Positions 47,966 to 60,242 of a stretch of 64,000 nucleotides of DNA are shown one piece after another; position 1 is the stretch's first letter; every line of letters begins with the position of its first letter. Source of the stretch: Chrysemys picta bellii. Taxonomy: Eukaryota. The notes beneath the pieces were generated by a model that searched no databases, had not been told where the DNA came from, and worked only from the letters and a program-made list of their open reading frames with translations. The stretch lies in the NCBI RefSeq assembly GCF_011386835.1, contig NC_088802.1:55304001-55368000 (forward strand), in the 5' to 3' direction. The position numbers and the translations under genes were made by a program.

Positions 47966-48465
47966 AAGATATGCTGTGCCTTGACCATGACCCAGTATGT
48001 AACATACCAGGTACTTTGGATAGCATGATCCCTTGGCCGGTGTCTACATGACTGAGTCACTTAGATGCTTCAGTAAAAATTTACAAAAAAGTTCTTCAGA
48101 AGCACTTTCCAAAGACGTCCGTTCCAAGCCCAAACCCAACAGGCTCTACAGCGACCAGTCACTTCATCCAAGCGCCCCGCTTGAAATCAGTACACAGCTC
48201 CTCGTGACGCCTCGGAATCCTTCTTTATTTATTCTTGGTGTTGCCATAGAGCCTAGGAGCCTTAGTTACGGCCTGGACCCATTGTGCAAGGCATTGCACA
48301 CATCGAATTAAGCAGCACACGGAATCTCTCCCAAAGGGAGAGTTCGCACCGTGGGCGCGGGTCTAGTTTTTCTGTGTGGGGAACAATAACGAGAGATGCC
48401 AACAGACACGAAAATGAAACAAGCAGGGAAAGGGCGTGAAAGCCACATTTCAGGGACGTGAAAGA

Positions 48466-48701
48466 GGGCACGTCTACACTGCAGAGAGAGTCTCAGAGCC
48501 CGGGTCACACGGTGGGGCTAAAAACAGCAGCAGACTTCGCCTCTTGGGCTGGAGCCCAGGCTCTGAAATCCAGCGAGGGTCTCAGAGCCCAGGCTCCAGC
48601 CTGAGTGGCAACGTCTCCACTGCTATTTTTAGCCCCACAGCCCAAGTCCACTGACCCAGGCTTTGAGGGTCACTGCCTTTTTTGGGCAGTGTAGTTGTAC
48701 C
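48466..48701. mobile_element. PIF/Harbinger MITE with internal inverted repeats
   Basis: TIRs GGGCACGTCTACACTGC / GCAGTGTAGTTGTACC. Confidence 0.82.
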
Positions 48702-48840
48702 TCAGTTCCCAGGAGCATCAAGGCAACTAGTCTATAGTTCTACTGCTGGCTGGACTGCACCTGACCCCCACCCAACCTGGGCATATTCGCTCGACTTGCA
48801 GCATCCCACGCCCAGGAAAGACCCTGAACACCCTACATTA

Positions 48841-48957
48841 AAACAATGAGGAGTCCTTGAGGCACCTTCGAGAGTAACAAATTTCTTAGTCTTTAAGGTG
48901 CCACAAAGACTCCTTGTTGTTTTTGCTGATCCAGACTAACACAGCTACCGCTCTGAA
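48841..48957 (-). mobile_element. Short Penelope-like fold-back insertion
   Basis: Inverted counterpart of 17625-17744 (CAGACTAACACAGCTACC); flanking duplication ACCCTACATTA/ACCCTAAATTA (10/11). Confidence 0.72.
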
Positions 48958-50661
48958 ACCCTAAATTAAGTTTGCTTCTCCATCCTCTAATAAGACACTT
49001 GGGGGGACTACAAAATCATGATGCTTCAGAATCTAGCACAACCAGCAGCTACAGACACTTCATTTACAATATGCCTGACTGCCAGTTTTCCTTTCAGGGC
49101 AGCATACAGTGAGATAGCCAATATGCAACTCCCACTCGACAACTCATTAACAAGGGCTCAGAGTAACTCTAGAGCAGCTTTGTGCAGGATAGGGGTTGCC
49201 CTGCTATTCAGCAAGGCTCCACACAAATCATTGAGAGCCTCAGTACACCAATTCAGAGCAGAAGTCTGCCTGTACTCTGTGGCTAGTGCCCCACCTAATC
49301 CGCAGTGCCAATGGAAAGAAACATGCATGGAATTTCTTACTTCATGCAATCTCTCGTCAAGTACCTACCTCACAAGGGAGTCTTCATTTTCCACATTTAT
49401 TGAGGATCACTGTTCTTAGCACATGTCCCTGCCTCTAGAAGCTTCCACTCTAAGACACAGCCAACACAAGAGGCACCCTGTGCCACTACCGCAAACGACA
49501 TCCAGGAGAGATCACGGCAGAAAGCTTAGTAACTATTTAAACACAAACGTCTGCCAGAGAGGAGGGAGACGTGATCCCTAGTACAGCTTCAGCACCTCTG
49601 GCCCTGTCAAGAGCAGAGAAAGCTCCAAATAGACCTCCAGCTCAAGTCTGGTCTTCCCTTATTTTCCTGATATTTTAAAGACAGAAAGAAAAGCAGTGAA
49701 ATACTGGTCATGTTCTTTGTGCATCAGGAAGAGAAGCACAAAGGTAATAACACAATTTTTCCCTGTACAAAGCACCTTTAAAGGCCCTCTCTGGGGCACG
49801 CAGACAGAATGTTCCAAAAATCGGTTGCTGTTTGTTACTGAGCATCAAGAGAAATGAGGTGATTTTCAGCCCCCCCAGCCCATGAGATGGCATCTGTCTA
49901 TACATGAAGTCCAGTGTCAGCAACTTGAGGCTTCCTCGTGGAGTTCTGATCGGAGCAGACACCAGAGACACTTCTACTTAAATGCTCAACAAACCAGAGT
50001 CTATTACAGCCAGAATGCTTTATTTTTATTGCTTTATCGGTTACTACATGAGATCATCCTTTCTACACACTTGTCTTTTATACATTCTCCAGAATCAGAT
50101 TTTAGACTAGGAACCAGAGAGCGGGGAATTAAATGTGGGTGGGTGGAGGCCTGAGGGGGATTAGAAAGGCTGCTGAAAGATTTCAAACAACATTCATTAC
50201 ACTCACAAGATTCAACTCAGAGGAGTGAACAAACATCACCAGGAGGATTAAATAAGCCTGGGTTCTCAAGACCGGCTGCAAGGTTGCACAGGACTAAAAG
50301 AATACAACTTGTGATGGCAGTTTTTCCACTTTTGGCTCAGTCAAAATGGAAAGAGCTCATTACACTCACACATTCATGCTACAAAAGTTACAGCAGGCTG
50401 GAAATCTGAGACATGGACTCTACTCTCATAATATTCCTCATTAACTTTTATAAAGGGGTCAGACTCATTTAACAAAGCCAGAATGCTTAACCTTTTCTCT
50501 CCAGAAATGGAAACAATCAACTACCTGGGACTTTCTCCTCTGGATGGTAGGACTGCAGAGTTTAGCATTCAGCTGTGTCAGACTGGTCATTCTTCTTCAA
50601 AATGAAAAATATCCCAACTTAACTGCCTGGTGGGTATTGCCTACATGCTCAGGGTCTCACT

Positions 50662-51060
50662 CAGCTGGTTCTCAACCTTTCCAGACTACCATACCCTTTC
50701 TAGAGTCAGATTTGTCTTGTGTACTCCCAAGTTTCACCTCACTTAAACTTACAAAAATCAGACACAATACAAAAAAGTGTCGTAGCCACACTATTACTGA
50801 CAAATTGCTGATTCATTTTTACCATCTAATTATAAAATAAATCAATTGGAATATAAACATTGTACTTTTATTTCAATGTATAGTACATAGAGCAGTATAA
50901 ACAAATCATGGTCTATGAAATTTTAGTTTGTACTGACTTTGCTAGTGCTTTTTATGTACCCTGTTGTAAAACTAGGCAAAATCTCTAGACAAGTTGATGT
51001 CCCCCTGGAAGACCTGTGTGTATCCACAGGGGTACTCATACCCCTGGTTGAGACCAACTG
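50662..51060. mobile_element. hAT MITE, about 400 bp
   Basis: TIRs CAGCTGGTTCTCAACC / GGTTGAGACCAACTG; TSD GTCTCACT/GTCTAACT (7/8). Confidence 0.85.
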
Positions 51061-51068
51061 GTCTAACT

Positions 51069-51377
51069 GATCCTGACTGGGGTCAGGAAGGAATTTTCCC
51101 CTGGGTCAGATTGGCTGAGACCCCACAGGGTGGGGAAGGGAGGGGTTGCCTTCTTCTGCAGCATGGGGCATGGGTCATTAGTAGATTTAAACTAGTGTAA
51201 ATGGTGAATTCTCTGTAACTTAAAGTCTTTAGTTTAAACCATCATTTGAGGACTTCAGTAACTCAGCCAGCTTAGCTTCTATTTCAGGAGTGGGTGGGTG
51301 AGATTCTGTGGCCTGCAATGTGCAGGAAGTCAGACTAGCTGATCACGATGGTCCCTTCTGACCTTAAAGTCTGTGAG
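51069..51377 (+). mobile_element. CR1 3' UTR fragment
   Basis: GGTCAGGAAGGAATTTTCCCC...GTGCAGGAAGTCAGACTAG...GGTCCCTTCTGACCTTAAAGTCTGTGA. Confidence 0.75.
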
Positions 51378-51405
51378 CCTAGGAGACAAAAATATCCCAA
51401 GCCAA

Positions 51406-51672
51406 GGCCATGTCTACACCACACAGCTTTTAGCAACATGGCTGGGTTGACATGGCAGTGTTGCTAAAAGTTGGGCAATGTAAATGCTGTTTGTCGGCAC
51501 TTTTTCCCGACAAAGTACTTCCACCCCCAATGAGTGGGGTTTGCGTGCTCCTGCCGACAATGCAGGCGTTCACACAGGCACTTGCCACGGCAAAACTTTC
51601 AGGGGGAGAGGGGGTTTAAGTACCTGTGAAAAACAAAAGTTGTGTCGTTCAATTGCAAGTGTAGACATAGTC
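51406..51672. mobile_element. PIF/Harbinger MITE
   Basis: TIRs GGCCATGTCTACAC / GTGTAGACATAGTC. Confidence 0.82.
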
Positions 51673-53155
51673 TAGAAAGAACAGGACAAAGTCACTGCAT
51701 ACATCCGGGAACATCTTTTCATGTTGGTAAAGGAGGAAGATATATCCTCCCCCCAACACAAAGGGAGGATCAGCTTAAGTTTGCTCCATTAATGCAAGAT
51801 AGTAATTTATTAACTGCCTGTTAAAACGTCTAGTAATGAATGAGGTAACCTAGATCGAAGTAAACAAACAGCACTTGTTTGATGCTATCACCAAGTGAAT
51901 TGTATCTTGTTAAAAGGATTGATAAGTTCAAGGTCTTCCCAGGAAAACCAATACCTTCAATCAGGGATTTTGTTTAGAAAACCATTTTCAAAAGGTCTCC
52001 TCTCCCATGCCCTATTAGGAAGCAGTTTATGTCATTGGCCACATCAGCCCTCCTAGACTTTAGTCTCCAGTATACTATGCTTTTTAAAATCCATGCAGCA
52101 AAAGCTGTGAATATTAGACCACACCCAATAGAACATGAATAACTTAAGCACAGGCTTTTATTTTAGATCTGCTTATTCAGACTAGAGAGCAAAACCGCAA
52201 GGTTCGTCAAAATATTTTCATTATTTTAAATTTTAAGCCCTGAGCCAAGGAGCTGTGCAACAAGAATTAAAAATGCAATATTCGAACTTTTTCAAATGCA
52301 CTGAAAATATTCAAGTCACCCAACCAAAAGAATCCTGGCAGATTATGTATGTATTCAGTATGTACGTTCCAGAAGCCCTTTTTTAAAGCTTTATATTTTT
52401 CCACAAACGGCAATGAATTCCCACCAGATCACCAAATGACATACCAGATTTCAAGTTTCTCTCAAATCACTGAAGCTGTTCAAAATGGGAAGCAAAAAGC
52501 TTTTAATATAAATGGGAAAGTTATGTTCTCATAGGGCTGAACTATTTTTGCTAAAAAAAATTAGAAAACTGTCACTTCTGGGGTCAAAGCTAAGTTGCCA
52601 CATATTTCAGCAAAGAAGGTAAAGAAATTGGAAGAATTATGAGAAGCGGAAGATGAACCCTTCAAATGGAAATACTCATACAACCTTCATTAGTGGTGTT
52701 GCTCCATGCACCATCTAGGAGATCAGGTTTCTTTTTAGTGTTCATTTATTACACAGAAGCAGATTACTGTGGGCAGTTTTAATCTGATACGACATTTAAC
52801 GCTTCTCCACAAAAGCTTCAGATTAAGCCAGCGTATTGTGCATAGTTGGTCCAATGTCAGAATCTAGAATTTACAGTACACTAAAGCAGTTGGGTCAATG
52901 GAATTTTGCATGGAACTTACTGAAAGCAGGACTGATCCAAACTGAAGACAGGAGGTATATGGTCCCTAATTTTGGAAACCTTCTAAAGTCACCTCACCTG
53001 AGGCCTTTGTCCATAATCAACTGCTCCTTAGAGATATTACCTAGTACTAAGGCAGTTACCTAGTACGGTACTCTGGCTAGCAAGACCAGCAGGTGGAATC
53101 AGTAGGAAAGAATCGTTTACTTCCATTCCAGAAGACTACAAGGCAAAATGTTTAA

Positions 53156-53418
53156 GGGTACATCTACATGGCAAAAAAGCCCTCGGCAGCAACTCTCAGA
53201 GCCTGAGGGACAACTGACTATGGGGCTAAAAACAAACTGTTCCCACTTGGGCTGGAGCCTGGGCTGAGAGATCTTCTCCCTTTGCCAGGTTTCGGAGCCC
53301 AGGGTGCAGCCTGAGCAGGAATGGCTACATGGCTATTTTAAACCCCACAAGCCTGAATCAGTTGCCTCAAGCTTTGAGGCTCGCTGCTATGGGTTATTTT
53401 TGCAGTGTAGACATACCC
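53156..53418. mobile_element. PIF/Harbinger MITE (family of 48466-48701)
   Basis: TIRs GGGTACATCTACA / TGTAGACATACCC; TAA on the left flank. Confidence 0.82.
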
Positions 53419-55260
53419 CAGGGCAGCTGAACGCTGAGCAAGGGACGATGGTGCATCTACAAAGGGGAGCTTGGGAGAAAGGAACACATTTATGTGGAGC
53501 TGAAATGAGAGGAGAGAACTCAAGAGTTAAGGCAGGACACATACCAGAAGTGGAAGTGCAGTTCCGTGAATGCTTTATCTCAAGAGTAAATAGAAGGGAG
53601 GGAAAGGAAGAGCCACTGAACGGGTTAGAACTGATGGTGCCATTGGAGTAATTCTAATCTGCTGGGCAAATACAAGTCATGGGGTGCATTCAAATAGGAA
53701 AACTGCAGACAGCAGGTACCAGAGCCGGCAATCGCTCTGTTGCAGTCAGCAGGGTCCAGCTTGCAAATCCAGCTCCAGCAGCACACAGCTGGGTCTGTCC
53801 CCTAAAACGCTGTAGGAGATTTCTGCCAAAAACAAGCACTCCTGTTCAGACCAGAGTAAAGGTTTACACTGTCCTCTCTCTCTTTGCAGCCTACCTCTTC
53901 TGCCTTTCAAAGGGGCAGGAACTAGCTAGTTGGCTGGCGCCGTTTAGCTTTTTTAAAAGTCAGACACCTTTGCTCTAACCGTTCAAGCAAACTCACTCGC
54001 CCAAACTCTTCAAACCTAAACGCTGTCAATGGTCAGTAAAAAACAGAGCATCCAAGATTATGCAACCGTTTCACCCACAGAAATAGTTACAGCCGTTCTA
54101 GAACCCCGTCGAAAATGGGTCATCAACAGAAGCCCGAGCAGAGTCCGCAAGTCAAACATCTTCACGTTAACTCAGCTAAGTCAGGCCTGCCAGTGGAGTT
54201 TGCCTTAGCAGTGGCTGCAAACACTCATAACTGGAATGATATTTCCAAACCACATCCTCTTCTAACCCAGATAAAGAGACCTGGGCAGCTGCTCAGGAAC
54301 ACTTCCCCCAGCAAGCAACCTGGAAAAAACAAAGTCAGCCACACGTTTGCGCCAAGCAATCAAAATGATTCATGTGTTAAGAAAATAACTTGCATTCCCA
54401 TCTTCAGAGGTAAGAGGGGTAAGGGAGATAGTTGGAATGTTAGCCACTATTTATCCCACTCAGACAGAGCTCAAGTAGTATCAGTGAGCACGCAGCAAGA
54501 AGTCTTTGAAAATATACTTGCTGCCTAGAAGCCTGCATTCTTCTGTTGGTTATGTGAAAGGCAGGGACTGCCTCTTCTCCCGCAAGGACAGGAAAGCAAT
54601 AGCTACACTTTTCAAGTCACTGCCACAGCACAGTCAGACCAAACCTGTGTGTGTTTACCTAACATGGGACAAAAACATGCTTTGATCTTTAACTTTAAAT
54701 AACTGGAAGCTTGTGATGACGTTTTCCTGGCAATGCATACTAACACACCACGTATTGAGACAAACAACACAGTGAATCTCATACAGACTGGAGGTGGATT
54801 TATTCCACCATCACAAATATTCCACCTAGACGGTCCATCTGTTGCAGGTTTGCCCAACCATATGCTAGATGATCACTCTAAAAAGACCAAATAAAAACCA
54901 GGCAATTGAGATTTTTCTTTTCCCTCTCGAAAGGGCAATGTCAGATGGCTTCCTTGTTTTTTTAAGGGAGGAGCATGCCAACTGAGCTCATGTTAGTTGA
55001 AATTCCTCATTTGTACAGCATTGCCAATTGAGGAGGCCAGAAACCACACTGAGTCACTTACTGTGTGGCCAACAAGAAGGCTGTCTTAGTTAAAGCTAGT
55101 ATTTCAAATCCAAAGGGACATCCCTGCCAGAGGCCATCCATTTGAGGAGGTAGGGTGGGAATTCCCCATTAGATCTGACAACATACCTCTTGAGCTGAAT
55201 TTGGTTTCACCTGTTACTTAAAAACACTGACTATTTATATGATTAAACTGCCTGACTTAC

Positions 55261-55347
55261 CCAGTTCTTTAGATCCTTGGCTTTCACTGGCCAACTCCCC
55301 CATTTTAACCAGAGCATCAAAATATCCTTTTGCAGCATACGTTACAC
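55261..55347 (-). CDS. BAIAP2: Exon 3 (87 nt): (S)VTYAAKGYFDALVKMGELASESQGSKEL(G)
   Basis: ttttcag|GT GTA ACG TAT ... GAA CTG G|gtaagt; read by hand, not present in the ORF track. Confidence 0.96.
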
Positions 55348-57310
55348 CTGAAAAACATCAGGAAATAAAAATGATTCGTTAGCTTCAGGGCTTATAATAA
55401 TTTCTACACTGCCCAACAGGGTGCTAGATGCTGTCCAGAACAAATAGACAAGGTCCCTGGGTCCACAGAGCTTGCAATTTAACTGGAGATAGAAGACGAT
55501 GAATGGGGGTAACAAATTGGCAAGAAGGGGGTCAGAATGAGGCAGGAAAAGGGCTACAGCATTAAGATTATGGGGTTAGTCAGACAAAAAAGTAGCACAT
55601 AAGAACTGGTTACTTTTTCCTAAACGCTTCAGCATGACTATTGTTGCCTATAATAATCCTTTTATTGTTCAAAAAAATCACTGCTAAATAATTGACTATC
55701 ACTGACTTTCATTACAGTTCATTCTTGTAGCTAGTTTGACGACATTCCAACTACACACATCACTTTTAATCAGATAAGTAGGGAGAGGGTGCCTCTAATC
55801 ACAAGAACATGGTGTATAGCTTTTGGTCAATACCATTAAATTATGTGCCGTTTCCTCCAACACGTGTTACTGATTAAGATAATTTCTTCAGGTGCCCTTC
55901 GGAAGGGCTAAGATCAGAACTACAAAATAATAGAAAGGCAATTTAAAAAAAGTTACAGGAAGCCTTGTGCTGTAACGTTTATTCTGGATAGGGAGGTGAG
56001 GCTAGAGTCAGGATCTCAAAGCAGGTTTTCCCCAGAGTGCTTTCAGATATCAAGGGTAATATGTTGGTTTTATTCCAAGCATAGGCATTAAAATAAATAA
56101 AAATTAAACATAAAACACACAAAAAAAGCCACACACACACACACACACTACAGACTCAGATTAAGTTAGCAACATTTTAAATAAGAGACTCCATTTCTTG
56201 TCCAGGTCATTCAGGGATGTGTTAAATAAATCTAATCACTTTTATTCTCAAACACAAACAGCTTTTTTCCCCCTGCAAGATTTTGTGCATTTCCTCCCCA
56301 GGAGGAATTTGATTTTTAAATGCAGCCCACACAGAATGAGACTTAAAATGAAATTAATAAGAAAACACCCACCCAATTCCTGAACCACAATTCAGTTAAG
56401 GTGGTTTAATGCAGCTGGAGGTCAGTGCTTCATACAGGGCACCATTAAGTACCAGTCCCCCAGGAGATTACCGCAAGAGTCCAGAAGAGCAGGAACAATT
56501 ATATTTTTCTTTCGTTTGTGCAGACTGCTAAGTGAGTCCCATTGGTTATCAACAGCCGGTGCATGTGTGGAGGATTAGGAGTGGCTGTTCAAAGGAGTCG
56601 TCTCTGAAATCTCAGCCAAAAGGATGTGATACTGTAGAAGTCTGAGTCACCAAATAACAGGGGGCTTTTTGTTTATTTTTTTTTAATTAAAAAAGAAAAA
56701 AAAAAAAAGGAGGAGGGCTGTAACTGAATGCAGAACTTAAAGAGGCAGGTAGAGATAGGAACTGAACTCTAAGGAGCCCAGGGCCATCTACAATAGAGGC
56801 TTTCATACACTGATTCTTATAACCTCAGCTGAATCCTGAGGGACTTTTCTCTGAAGGTAAGAAGCAATTAAATTTTCTACACACCAGCTCAGTTCTGAGA
56901 AGAAACCGCCAATAGCACCTGCTGGACTCAGATCAGGAAGCTTTGTAAAATGAGCACTACTGCGTATTTTCAAGGTTGCCGAGGACTGAGCTGGATGGAC
57001 TCCACGTGCTAGGCTAACCTAGAAAACCTGCTTAGACACTGACAGTGAGAACTAGCAAAAAGCAAACCGGGGAGGCTAGGGAAAGGTTCAGACCCAAAGG
57101 GGACATGGGAAGGGGATACTCTATAGGAGTCAGTAGCTCCATCCAAATGTTATTTGGTGGGGGGGGGGGGGGGAAGCTCTCCAATTTCACATTAACCCTA
57201 CAATTTAGATACACTGGGCTTTAAAGCTCAGATGTCACTTTGCTGTGCACCCCTTTCCAGGAAAGCCTGTCTCAGCACAGACTCACTTGAGAGCTGGACC
57301 AGAAGATTCT

Positions 57311-57628
57311 AGGGCTGTATAAGTAGGGGCATTGCCAGCAGATCGAGGGACATGAGGATTCCCCTCTATCGAGCATTGGTGAGGCCTCATCTGGAGTACT
57401 GTGTCCAGTTTTGGGCCCCGCACTACAAGGAGGATGTGGAAAAATTGGAAAGAGTCCAGCGGAGGCAACAAAAATGATTAGGGGGCTGGAGCACATGACT
57501 TATGAGGAGAGGCTGAGGGAACTGGGATTGTTTAGCCTGCAGAAGAGACTGCAGTTTCAGCATTGAGCAGGGGGTTGGACTAGATGACCTCCTGAGGTCC
57601 CTTCTCATCCTGATATTCCGTGATACTA
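57311..57628 (+). mobile_element. CR1 3' fragment with an internal deletion
   Basis: AGCATTGGTGAGGCCTCATCTGGAGTACTGTGTCCAG...GGACTAGATGACCTCCTGAGGTCCC. Confidence 0.88.
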
Positions 57629-57933
57629 AGAGGTTTTTAAGGAGCTCCTTTAAGAGTATGAACTTGTTCTAAAAAAAATCTGGTCAACAGGCGATCAGCA
57701 ACGTTCAAATAGCCAAGTCTGGATGGGTGAGCCAATGGATAGCTTCAGAAATGACTTGGTATAAGTTTGAGATGCCACTGGCAAATGATAGAAGCAGGCA
57801 TGGATTTACAGTGTGGCCCATAGTTTGTGTCACAGTCATATTGTCTCAACATCCAGAGGTGTAAGATGAACCATTTCACCACATGAGAAAGGGGTTTTGC
57901 AGAAGCTTTAATAAGAAGGTGAACAAAGCGCTC

Positions 57934-58287
57934 AGTCACCAATTGAAATTAATAGGCAGCAGGTTTAAAACAAACGAAAGGAAGTATTTCTTCAACACAG
58001 TCAACCTGTGGAACTCCTTGCCAGAGGATGTTGTGAAGGCCAAGACTATAACAGGGTTCAAAAAAGAACTAGATAAATTCATGGAGGATAGGTCCATCAA
58101 TGGCTATTAGCCAGGATGGGCAGGGATGGTGTCACTAGCCTCTGTTTGCCAGAAGCTGGCAATGGGTGACAGGAAATGGATCACTTGTTCATTCCCTCTG
58201 GAGCACCTGGCATTGGCCATTGTTGGAAGACAGGATACTGGGCTAGATGGACCTTTGGTCTGACCCAGTGTGGCCATTCTTATGTTC
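57934..58287 (+). mobile_element. CR1 3' end, same subfamily as 16361-16902
   Basis: ORF 57883..58110 RKYFFNTVNLWNSLPEDVVKAK...DKFMEDRSINGY*; tail TTCTTATGTTC. Confidence 0.9.
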
Positions 58288-58289
58288 AG

Positions 58290-59100
58290 TTTTCTGGGAT
58301 CAGCTTGACACAATGCAGCCCTTCAACTTCTGCAGCGTATGCAACCCAGTTCAGTTTGCAGACATTTCGGTGCGGTTTCAACATTGATTCAAGCAACAGA
58401 CCTTCAAAGCCGCCATGCACAATAATGGGCTGTGTTGGCTGCCAGGAAAGTTTCCCAGCACTGGTTCTGAAGCTTGCAGAGGAACACTTACTGTCTTTCA
58501 TCAGACAGGTTTATAGATGTTCATTGTGGTCAGATGTCCAATTCTTATCACAGTAATAGAGAGATACCCATGGTCTTTGATTCCTCCAGGGCTGAGATAT
58601 TTTTAAGACTATGCCTGATGTACATGGCAAGGCTAAATTTTGTCATTCATGGTGGTCATGAGTTGGCAGCCATGAATTCTACATCTTACAGTCTGCAGCA
58701 TGAGTTTCTTGTAGAGTAACCATGTCAATATCACCCTCCTTATGCACTCTGGACAGATTGTCACACTTAGCATATGACAGACCTTCCACATCAAGTTGGT
58801 GCACACAGCAGCTGTCCTATGGTTCTCCTGTGCTGAGCTAGACAAGGACTCAATTTCATATTACTAATCATATCAGGAGATGGATATCTGGTGGCTTTCA
58901 GGAGCAAGATGACAACCTTCAAGTGACACTTCTGTTATGGGTGATTATTAACTCAACACACATTGTCAGAAAGCTACCAGACACCGATGTGTCAGTCTCC
59001 CGGTAGGATCAGCAATGTGAAATCTATAGCCAGACAACCTGCCACAAAAGGGGTGATACACGAAGCACTGCATGAAGTTCTGTGTCCTGTATTATCCAGG
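58290..59100 (+). mobile_element. Possible ancient RTE-clade LINE remnant
   Basis: Scattered peptides QFAD, VIHGGHELAAMNSTSY and IKLVHTAAVL occur in the order of RTE ORF2 motifs; many disruptions. Confidence 0.35.
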
Positions 59101-59245
59101 AAATCAGACTAAGTGATCGTAATGGCCCCTTCTGGCCTTAAAATCTGCAAATCTATGAAAGCCAACAGGCCATTTAGTGATTTAAATCTATGTTTCTTTA
59201 ACTACCTCCAAAAGGACTCGATATTCCAAGTGAGTGACTTCACAT

Positions 59246-59633
59246 CTGAGGGAACTGGGTTATTTAGTCTGCAGAAGAGAAGCGTGAGGGGGGATTTGTT
59301 AGCAGCTTTCAACTACCTGAAGGGGGTTCCAAAGAGGATGGCGCTCAGCTGTTCTCAGTGGTGGCAGATGACAGAACAAGGAGCAATGGTCTCATATTGA
59401 AGTGGGGGAGGTCCAGGTTGGATATTAGGAAAGACTATTTCACTAGGAGGGTGGTGAAGCACTGGAATGGGTTACCTATGGGGGTGGTGGAATCTCTTTC
59501 CTTAGAGGTTTTTAAGGTCAGGCTTGACAAAGTCCTGGCTGGGATGATTTAGCTGGGATTGGTCCTGCTTTGAGCAGGAGGTTGGATTAGATACCTCCTG
59601 AGGTCTCTTCCAACCCTAATCTTCTATGATTCT
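59246..59633 (+). mobile_element. CR1 3' end
   Basis: ORF 59358..59552 DRTRSNGL...RLDIRKDYFTRRVVKHWNGLP...LEVFKVRLDK; tail TTCTATGATTCT. Confidence 0.92.
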
Positions 59634-60166
59634 GTTTTAAGAAGTGGTTAGCTAGACTACCTAATTATGCACACTCCCAGCCTTGAAATGGCAGCCTTTA
59701 AAAAAAAAAAAAAGTCAAAAATTAAAATCTCCATTTTAAATAAGGGTTACAATATTTTTAAAATATTTAAAATGGCAAGATGGTATTTTAAAAAAAGATT
59801 GTAAATATATGGTTCTCATCTTCTAACAGCCAAATCTTTACTGCTCAAGCCCTTTTCAAGCTCATCATTCTTAAGAAGCCTGGTCCCCAAAGCACCTTCA
59901 GGCCACGAGTGCATGGGAGAGGCTTTGCGCCTCACATCATAATGATACGACATTTGCATCTTAATTGAAAAAAACCTCTGCAATTTCCCCCCGCCCCATG
60001 GAGAAAAGGCATCCAGTGAAATTTCAAAATTCCAGAACAATGCTACCCGACTGCACCCAGTATGTCGGCCTCTGCCCAGAACCTCACCCCCCCACCCTGA
60101 ATACCACAGGACCTGCTGCACCAAGGGTTTCAGCACTGAATGCATTTGCAGCGCAACTTCACTTAC

Positions 60167-60242
60167 TTGCCAAGGCTTTTTCATAGTTCTTCCCCATGGA
60201 AATGAAGTTCCTGAGGCTGGGATTGAACTGTTCCATGATCGT
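60167..60242 (-). CDS. BAIAP2: Exon 2 (76 nt): TIMEQFNPSLRNFISMGKNYEKALA(S)
   Basis: ttccttcag acceptor and gtaagt donor; ORF track 60159..60356. Confidence 0.96.

Larger units (their letters stand above)
1..60242 (-). other. BAIAP2: BAIAP2/IRSp53 gene body, exon 2 to 3' UTR of the S-type terminal exon; exon 1 outside the window
   Basis: 13 coding exons join in frame (76+87+62+72+138+153+228+202+202+69+166+35+31=1521 nt). They encode I-BAR/IMD, partial CRIB-PR, SH3, a PPPDY WW-binding motif and C-terminal STV. Confidence 0.98.
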
